A DNA stretch of 64,000 nt from the human T2T-CHM13v2.0 reference genome, Homo sapiens, in NCBI RefSeq assembly GCF_009914755.1, contig NC_060925.1; one strand, 5' to 3'. Position numbers and translations under genes: made by a program. The notes beneath the pieces are model-generated. The model worked only from the letters and a program-made list of their open reading frames with translations. It did no database searches and was not told where the DNA came from. Below are positions 54,674 to 64,000 of the stretch, in pieces. The stretch's first letter is position 1, and the number at the start of each line of letters is the position of its first letter.

Positions 54674-55574
54674 GAACGGAAGTCGGTTCTGGACTCATCC
54701 GGGGAAAATGTGCTTTAAATTTGGCTGTGGTGTTCTCCAGTGGTCAAGGAGAATATGCTATTGATTTGTGCTCTGGCATTACCACTGCACACTGACAGGC
54801 AGTTCTTTTAAACACATACTTGCGTGGTTTAGACAATGTCTGTGTATGACTGAAGCTTCACTTGAAATCCTAGTAGTTCTTGGAAATATGTGAGCTCAAT
54901 GAGCTAAATATAGTGCCGACAGGTATGAGTGATTAGCATGGTGCTAACTCTGCATCAGGAATATCAACTTTGTGTTTCCAATGCTACTTTCAACTTTAAA
55001 CTCAAAGGTTTTTTATATAAACGTTTAATAATACCTATAGCCTTTCTATTGGGCATGAATTCAAAACAGACAAGAAAATAGGTGTCTTAACCACATTATC
55101 ACTGCTGATCACCAACAAAACTGTTAATAATCATAGACACAGAAATCTGGATATGTCCTCTAGTCATTTAACACAATTTTTTTTTAAAAAGTATATGTAG
55201 CTTTTACTAATAAATATTATATAAGATTCTGTTATCCATTCAAATCTTACTTTAAGAAAAAAGTCAATTTAGACTAAAGGCCATGTATGTGGTATTATAC
55301 TTCACTTTTGATAAAATCTGATTAATTATAAGGCATAATCTTACTTTTTCAGGCTGAGGGTCATTTTAAGTGCTTATTTTTTCCAAAGAAGTGAGGAAAA
55401 AATGCTGAAATGATTTCAAAATTCTTACATGCACAGTGCAAATTTAAATTGCTGTTCGAAATTACCCAAGACCCATCAGAAAAGAGGAAACCACAGGAGA
55501 ACTAGAAATAAACCTATTTCCATTCTTGGAAAACCATCCTGTACATTAAAAAATGTCACGCTTCTCATAAAAAC

Positions 55575-56825
55575 TGGCAAATAGGCCAGTGGAATAGAAC
55601 AGAGAATCCAAAAACAAATCTGCACATTTACGGTCAACCCATTTTTGACAAAGGCACCAAGAACATACATTGGGGTAAGGACACCCTCGTCAATAAACGG
55701 TGCTGAGAAACCTGGATATCCATATATAGAAGAATGCAAGTAGACCCCACCTCTCACCACATACAAAAATCCAATCAAAATGGATCAAGGACAAATGTAC
55801 AACCCAAAGCTATGAAGCTACTAGAAGAAAACATTGGAGAAATGCTTCAGGGTATTGGCCCGGCAAAGATGTCTTTTGATAAGACCACAAAAGCACAGGT
55901 AACAAAACCAAAAATAGACAAATGAGATTATATCAAGCTAAAAAGCTTTTGCATAGCAAACAAAACAATCAACAGAGTAAAGAGACAGAATGGGAGAAGA
56001 TATTTGCAAACTCTCCATCTGACAAGTGATTAATAATGAGACTATATAAGGAACTCAACTCAATAGCAAAAAAACCACCAAAAGCAGGAAAAAAAAAACA
56101 AAAAATGGGCAAATTAACTGAATAAACTGAATAGACATTTTTCAGAAGACAAATGCCCAACACATATATGAAAAAATTCTCAACATCATTAATCATTATG
56201 AAATGCAAATCAAAACCATAATGAGATATCATCTCACCCCAGTTAAAATGGCCATTTTAAAAAAGACGAAAAAGAACAGATGCTTGCAAGGATGTAGAGA
56301 AGGGGGAACTCTCATATCCTGTTGGTGAGAATGTAAATTAGTTGAGCTGTTATGCAAAAGAAAACATTATGAATGCTCAGTGAAAAACTAAAACTAGAAC
56401 TACCACGTGACCCAGCAATCTCACAGGTGGGTATGTATCCAAAAGAAAGGAACTCAGTGCCTCAAAGAGATACCTGCACTCTCATGTTTATCACAGCACT
56501 ATTCACAACAGTCAAGATACGTAACCAACCTGTGCCCATCAACAGATAAATGCATAAAGAAAATATAATGCATATATGTGTGGTGGAATATTACTCAGCC
56601 ATAAAAAAGAATAAAGTCCTGTCATTTGCAGCAACATGGATAAGCCTGGAGGACATTATGTTAAGTGAAATAATCCAGGCACAGAAAGGCAAATATGTTA
56701 TGTTCTCACTCACATGTGGGAGCTAAAACAATTTGAGGTAGAGAGTAGAGGGGTGGTTATCAGCGGCTGCGAACAGTAGTGGGGGATGAAGAGAGCTTAC
56801 TTAATGGGTACAAAAATATAATTAT
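55575..56825 (+). mobile_element. L1MA 3' fragment
   Basis: tttgacaaaggcaccaagaacatacattgggg...ggaggacattatgttaagtgaaataatccaggcacagaaag. Confidence 0.85.
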
Positions 56826-57399
56826 TACGTACAATTATTATGTATCAATAAAACTAATAAACTGAAAATGATTTAAGTTCCTAAAACTTGATAACAAAAC
56901 CTCAGAGTAATAATTTTTCAGTTTATTTTTTTTTAATTCCAATAGAAATTCTATTAGCAGAAGATAAAATTTTAAAATGGCAACAAAGGGTTCTGTGCAT
57001 ATTTGGATACATTTAATATATAAAAACAATCCCATTCATTGGCAGTCCCCTTCTTACCCGCCAAATACTTTTTTAGAAACAGAACCACACAGCCCATACA
57101 AATTCCTGGTTTACTAGAAGTCGGTGTAGCGTGTGTTTCACTATCCTGCATATATCCCCTATGCGGACAGGGGCAGAGCTGTGTCTAACTACCAAAAACC
57201 CACTTGGCCATAAGGGAGGTGGGGCCGAACATGTCCTAGGAACACAGCTGTATTCTCACTACAAGGACTACTCCAGCCGCTGTCATGGGGGCAGCTGCCT
57301 GCGGGAGACCACCAAGATGATGCAGTGTTTGTGATATTCATGTTATTTCTAATCAAAGGAAAAAACACTACCATGAGGGCTGGTGATAATGTTACACTG

Positions 57400-57620
57400 A
57401 AACTAACAAAGACAGGGAAAGGTACCTCATGTGCCAGGTCCTGTGCCGGGGACTTTCCATACACTGCGTCCTTTAATCCACACACCAACTCCGTGTGGGA
57501 AACACAGCAGTCTACCCAGCAGTATACTACCCTAGGAGGGCTCTGATAGGTTAAGTAACTTTCTTAAACTTAGAAGAGAGGACTGAACCATAAGCCCAGT
57601 CCTTGCACTTCCGCCTGCTG
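57400..57620 (-). mobile_element. MIR
   Basis: tgtgccaggtcctgtg...tttaatccacacaccaactc...aggttaagtaactt. Confidence 0.55.
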
Positions 57621-57959
57621 TGAAAGACTACAGGATTTAAGTTTTGTATCATTATGACTTAGTGTATCTGGATACTTGGGGCTCTCTCAGACTGATCTTC
57701 CAGAGAGCATGTCCCCCGCCTCGCCACCAACAGTCCATAACTTTCCAGACTTTTAAAGCCCTCTGGGTTGTAACAAGGTCAAAGAATTGCCGTTCAATGC
57801 CCAGGCAGATACACAAAGGTCCAGAGCCACTGCTTTTTCTATAGCAAAACGCACAGGATCACTCCTGGCTGTCCCTCAGGATTTTAAAGTGACATATCAC
57901 ATGAGCCATACTTCATTTCTTCACGGCTAATGTCCCTCCAGAAATACCAGAAATCAGTA

Positions 57960-58760
57960 TCATAACAAACCTAACACACATCACAGTTCCCACTTTTCAT
58001 ATCTAACCTGCATCTAAATCTGCTGAGCGTATCTCGGAGCCTCTCTCCAGTTTGCCTCCTTGCCATTCCCTCCCTCCATGGCGGACTTTCCTCTTCTGTG
58101 GCCCTGAGTGTTTACGGCAAGCCCCGCATTGGTATCTCTATTAGACCCTCTGCCCCTCCCAGTGACGTCTTGATCCTCTTCTGCTCGGGCACCATCTTCT
58201 TCAAACAGCCTTCTCTGGTCCCCTCAGCTGAACTGCAGGCTCCTCTTCTGGGCTTCCAAAGCCCCGTGCACATATCATCGCATCAATGATGCCCAGCACT
58301 GGAATGTGTTTGTCTGTCTCTCCCCACACCATGGGCTTGCGGGTGGCTAGCACAAATACAACTTCATACTTCTTTCCTTCACAGGAAGCAAAACAATTCG
58401 AAACAGGAGTTAAGACTGTCCAGGAGAAAGGGGAAGGAGCCCATGGCCATTTCGTATCTCTTCATAGCTACTCAATCATTAATTTAACAAATAACTTATC
58501 GAACTTATACTGTATGCCAGATAATGTGCTAGGCACTCCAAGGGCAGAAGTGAGTGCACACAGGGGCAAACAACACAGCAGAGGAGTCAGCACGCAAATG
58601 TAATATGCAACGATAAGGTGCAGACAAGCTTCTTTGGGAGCACAGATTAGGAAGACAAATCATGTCTAAAGGATTCAAAGAAGACTGCACAAAACCTGGA
58701 CATCTGAGCTTGGGACTGATGCATCTGTGGGAGTTAACCAGTAAAAGACACAAGGAAAGG
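57960..58760. mobile_element. L2 fragments in both orientations
   Basis: Degenerate L2 text, e.g. tcatttaatttaacaaataacttatcgaacttatactgtatgccag. Confidence 0.5.
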
Positions 58761-58845
58761 GCAGGCTGACATCAAAAACACCAGTCAAATCAATCAAGCC
58801 ATAACCAGGCCTTAAACCCAGCTGCTTTCTTTCAAAGGAGAAAAG

Positions 58846-59048
58846 CAGCCCGAGCAACACAGTGAGACTCTGTCTGTACAAAAACTCAAAACTAAGCCTA
58901 GCATGGCGGCACGTGCCACAGTCCCAGCTACTCAGGAAGCCAAGGCAGGAGCATCGCCTGAGCTCAGGAGCTTGAGGCTGCAGGGATCCGTGATTATGTC
59001 ATTACACCCCAGCCTAAGCAACAGGCAAGACCCTGTGTCAAAAAAATA
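58846..59048 (+). mobile_element. 5'-truncated AluJ
   Basis: Begins mid left arm (cagcccgagcaacacagtgagac). Confidence 0.8.
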
Positions 59049-59904
59049 CAAGAACAGTAAATAAAGGAGAAATGGCCTGAACATCAACTTCAACTCCTAT
59101 TTTTCATAGAGCAGGGCCATTACTAAAACTCCCTTGAAATATCCATACAAAGACACCTTCTATCAAGCCATGATTATAGTATTTTCTTCAATATTTATTG
59201 GAAATTACATAAAATATTTCCCCCATGAACAGCACACGTGCAATTCTGTGAGAACAGAGTAAATAAAACCGATATATATCAAACAGTACCTTTTCTGCAG
59301 TTGAGAGGTAAGCAAAAGCATCCTCTGTTTAATAAACAAGAAAAAAATGTTAAGGAAGAATGTAGAATAGGTTGCCACCAAATATGCAAATGCATTCACG
59401 CTTAATACCTATTCTTAGCTGAAGTGTCTAGAGGTTGCTTTGTGTCTTGCGCATCAATCTCAGAGCAAGCAGAATAGATGATCTGAAATATTAATCCTAA
59501 ACGGGTCTTGCCAGTGGGCAGCTGTGGGCTCGCAGAACCTCTGTGTAGACAGTCTCATTACCTACTTGTTCAGGCCTCTTTGCTGGCAAAAAGTATAGCT
59601 CAATAAACAGAAAGACAAGATCTGCAATGCCTCAGCGCTCAGAAAATTATGACGATGGGAAGAATGAAGCTCTGAGGTCAAAATCTTTTAAACAGCAATA
59701 ATCTTTGCACTACATCAGACACCTGGCAATCTCAGTCCATTGTACTTATGGGAATGCTTTTTAGATGTTCTGATTAATACGGGTACTTGGGAGCCTAAAC
59801 ACAAAGACCTAACTAGAATACATTGCAATTCTGAGCCTCAGGCAATGTATATGAAAAAGATACCAGAACTAACTTTTGTTGAATAAAAGGATTCACGGTT
59901 CTTG

Positions 59905-59962
59905 CAAATGGTTATGATTGTAACAAATGTTTATCATTGTAACAAATGGTTATCATTGTAAC
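59905..59962. repeat. 19-bp tandem repeat, 3 copies
   Basis: caaatggttatgattgtaa / caaatgtttatcattgtaa / caaatggttatcattgtaa. Confidence 0.9.
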
Positions 59963-62900
59963 TCTATTTCCAGTTACGTGACAACAAGTACAGTTTATGG
60001 GAAAAGACATGTGCAACAACCACCAAATGATCTGTCCATCTTACCAAAGACAATGAAATGATGAGTCCCTGCTAGTTTCTAGATATTATTTATCCAAGTT
60101 GTTGATTTGTAGGTGCTCATTCCATTTTCTCCTACATAATCCAGTAATCTATAATCCAGTAAGAAACTCACAACATAGACATGCAATTTACAGTTTCTGC
60201 ATAGGGTCATTAAAAATTCTTTCATTACAAAGTATTTCTTGGATTCTTAAATATTTGGAAAATGCACAAAACACGTGAAAAATATAGTTGTTCAGACAAA
60301 GAAACGTCATTCTGATCTCATGTTTTCTCCCCAGGAACAGACTTCACAGCAATCCATTCCCTTTACATTTATTGTTTCCTTAACTTGCACCAAGCCTGAG
60401 GAGGTCAGTGCTTGGCACACATTAAGAAAACAATAAATAGGGAGGGGGTTACAAACTATGCTGATTCCCTGTTCTATGCCTCACTCTGGGTGAATTCAAC
60501 CGTCTGAAGGGATAGCAAAGTCAGAAGTATGTGGCAAGCAGCAGGATGCCGAGATGGTTCCAGCTCAGACAAGGTTCCAGGAGAGAGAGCCTACCCATCT
60601 TTCCCAGGCCAAAATGTTTTCCATGTAATAAAGGTCACCAGTGGTTGCCAATATGCGTATACGAACTATATTGGCTTGGTCAGAGTTAGCTGGAAAAGCA
60701 AAAGCTCTGTAGTACTCCAGAGTTCTCAGATAGACCTGTCCAAAACCTCTCATTCCTTTGTTCCAACCTTTAATTTCCAACCCCCACAATCCCACCCCAG
60801 TTTCCAACCAGTACTTTCACCGAGAGGGCTGTACCACTGCCTGAGAAGTCACACAATACCTTCTGCTTCGTGACCAACTCAGACTTGGATATCTACCTGC
60901 TACCTATCATATCAATATGATGTAGAGGAGTGTCCGGGGCCCTAGACCTAAATCACTTTGTGTGGCACCTGCATCAGCCTTCCTTAGTGACAATCTTAAA
61001 TCTAGTTGGTTTTCTTTGAGAATTTATTTCCTTCCCAAGTATATTTCTGTGATTAAAATTATGTGGTGTCAGAAGTTTAGTTTCAATTATATTTTACAGA
61101 CACCCGTCTACATTAAATTTACCTTCTTGCTTTTCCACCATCCTTAGTTTTGTCGTAGTGTTTTTGTTGCAACCCTGTTCTTCCTTCCTGTGTCTAATTA
61201 TTTAAAAATTACCACTAAACTGATTTTTATATTTTATTTCCATCAAGATAAACAAGATACAAATAGATGCCCTCAAAAAAGTTAATGATCAATTGGGTAA
61301 AACTATATCTATACCCGCACCCAAAAAGACAACATAATTCAATGCACACATGCAAATCAAGAACAAGAAAGATGATGGAATTAGCTCCAAAACTACTAAC
61401 CTTCACATTAATCTGCCTCTTGCATGTCAATAGTTTATTTCAAATATTCGGTCCCTGTCAATCTAAGAAAGTCCTAAATCCAAAGCCCTGCGGGAATGAC
61501 ATGAGTTTCCTGGTGTCCAGCACACGTTCGAAATCCTGCTGTGTGAAGAGGGTTCAGAGAGGCCAAAAGGCACCATTCATGGACTTTAGGAGAAAATATT
61601 TTGTATTTTGTGCATTTAGAAAAAGGCTACAATTTGAATGTTTAAATATTTAAAGCCAATAAACAAGGAGCTATTATTTAATTTTTAAAAAATCTTTTTT
61701 CAAATTTCCCTGGAATATTTTATTTCATTTACAAAATAAATGTATGAAGATGACAAAATCTTAGAACTTTTTTGAGGCTGAGTGACACACTTTATCTATA
61801 CTGTTCTAAATTTTACATTAACAAAATTATGTTCATCACTTAGAATGTGACATTGTATTTAGAAAGTCAGCTTCCCTTGTCCTATTAAAATGGTATTTAG
61901 ATTGTAAGTATTTTATTATACTCAACTTTTCAAAAACATAATTATTATATAAAGAAAGATATGTGTAGTTATATGTACATGTATATACACACTCACACAC
62001 ACACATTTGTAATCCTTTCAGGCTTACACATAAACACATGTTAAAATATTGAAAAGCAGCTCCAAAAATAACTAAAATGTCATTTGCCAAACTACTTCTA
62101 GGCTATCTCTGGGAATAGTAGAATTTTTGGTCATAAAAGGAACAAAACATTTCCTATTTTGCTTTTCTCCCACCCTTTTCCAGCCAACCTCTTCTAACCA
62201 GTCTCCATCTTTAAATAATGCTAGAGACCTACAATAGTTTTCAACTATCAGATTTAATCTCTTTGGTTGTATCAGACTGATAAGTTGAAAATAAATGGTA
62301 ATAGCCAGTTTGTGTCGGGCCTATCGGGCAAGTTGTTTCTTCAGAATAATATTCAATTTGATACGTATTTTGAAACAAACATTTACTTTGTTTCATGGCC
62401 GGCTGTGAATAAACAGTTCTCTAAGTTATTAGTGAAGGGACAGCAAAATTTGACCATTCTATCTACCCATCTGCTTCTCTGTGGCAACAAACTGATTTCC
62501 ATGGGACGCTTGAATAAAGCAAGGCTGTCTGTCCAAAAGAAGTAGAACTATGTCCTCAATAGGCAATGGAACAATGACTGACACTGAGTCCTAGCACTGT
62601 CACCAATATCCCGAACAATCAAGCTTCAAACCCAAAAAGGTGCAAATAAAATTTAAGACTAGTTTGGGTTTGGTCCCAATGGGGCTAAGAAAAACTAGTG
62701 ATTGTTGAACACTGGATTCACTGACAACTGGAGAGAAAAAATTAAAATTCCAACATTATGATGTCAATAATAATTTCATCTGCAGCAACATTCAGGAAGC
62801 TGATGAGATGATCCTAACGGGTGATTTAAAGTGAAAGGGAAAAAAAACACCCTTGGCATAATTTAATAAGATCTTCAGACTGAAGCATATTCAAGGGTTT

Positions 62901-63175
62901 CATGAAAGACCTTCTCATGGCCTTTTAATAGCTCTTTCCAATTCCAATTAACTGGTTAAATGCCAATTCTCATTACCTCATCAGAAATCCAAAGCCAGTC
63001 TTTTCTGATTAAATCATTAAATAACTGTTAACAGTACAATGACTAGTAAGTATTTATGGACAGCCCAGCACTGATATGCAGCTTTCAGTTCTCCGTGCCA
63101 AAGGAAAAACTGGAGTGGGCGATTTAAAATCATAATAAATTCTATTCATCTTCGGAATGTGCTAGGATATATTTA

Positions 63176-63394
<219 letters not shown>

Positions 63395-64000
63395 TTATTT
63401 TAGATTAGTATAAGCTTTTCATACTCTCTAAATAGACTGCAGAAATGATGATTAAAAGGGAGTTCATTTTTGTGGAAAAGCCAGGTAGGTAGTGAAGAAA
63501 TGGGAAAACATGTCAACTGTGACCTGCCGCTGCCTGGCAGCATGACGAGTCAGATGGCCCCACTCAGGAGTCACTCCAAGGCCTGTGGACGTCTCCACTG
63601 GGCAATTACCACACCAACAGGCAATGCCTATGTCAACTCATACCAAAGCTCACTTTTTCCACAGATCTGCCTGCAACCCTTGCTTTCCCTCCTCCCTGAC
63701 TGCTTGCTGACGCTCAGGACTGGACAAACATGGCTCAAGAGACCAGGGTTCTGGTTCCAAGTCCAAGCTTGTCACCATCCTCCCAAGACAGAAGATATTC
63801 ACCCTCAGAGTTGGAAAAGGTCGGCTCTGCCACGTCCTCTTTCCTTTTGCACTTTTATTTTTTATATTCCTGAGCATCCTGGGACAGAGCTCCTCTGAGA
63901 AAATGAATGCGACTCTCCAGAGGACGATCCACAGCAAACCCAAAGCCTCCTTTGCTTACAAGTTATAGAAAGATCCCACGAACACTCTATTCTCTATGCA

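Noticed and set aside
63470-63943. 142-aa and 97-aa overlapping ORFs at the window end
   Set aside because: No recognisable protein similarity or exon structure; modest GC enrichment explains the open frames.

Overview
Primate (human-like; catarrhine, from AluY and a HERV-K/HML-2 LTR) non-coding DNA. I recognise no cellular protein-coding exon, RNA gene or CpG island. Most of the window is interspersed repeat: about 20 Alu/FLAM copies, several L1, L2 and MIR fragments, ERV LTRs and DNA transposons. Most L1s and LTRs lie on the + strand, which suggests (inference) a large intron of an unidentified minus-strand gene. The most notable structures are: (1) a Ricksha MULE transposon carrying a HERV-L/MLT2 passenger, inside which a 19-copy 56/57-bp VNTR with higher-order structure has expanded; (2) an apparent L1-mobilised, polyadenylated MER50-type ERV retrocopy (R-U5-leader-R-polyA, no U3); (3) a ~70-bp polyadenylated MER41 R-region retrocopy; (4) a complete HML-2 solo LTR nested in an LTR8A, both with exact TSDs. 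Repeat family names come from recalled consensus sequences, not a database search. I see no well-supported new biological system; the functional ideas below are hypotheses.
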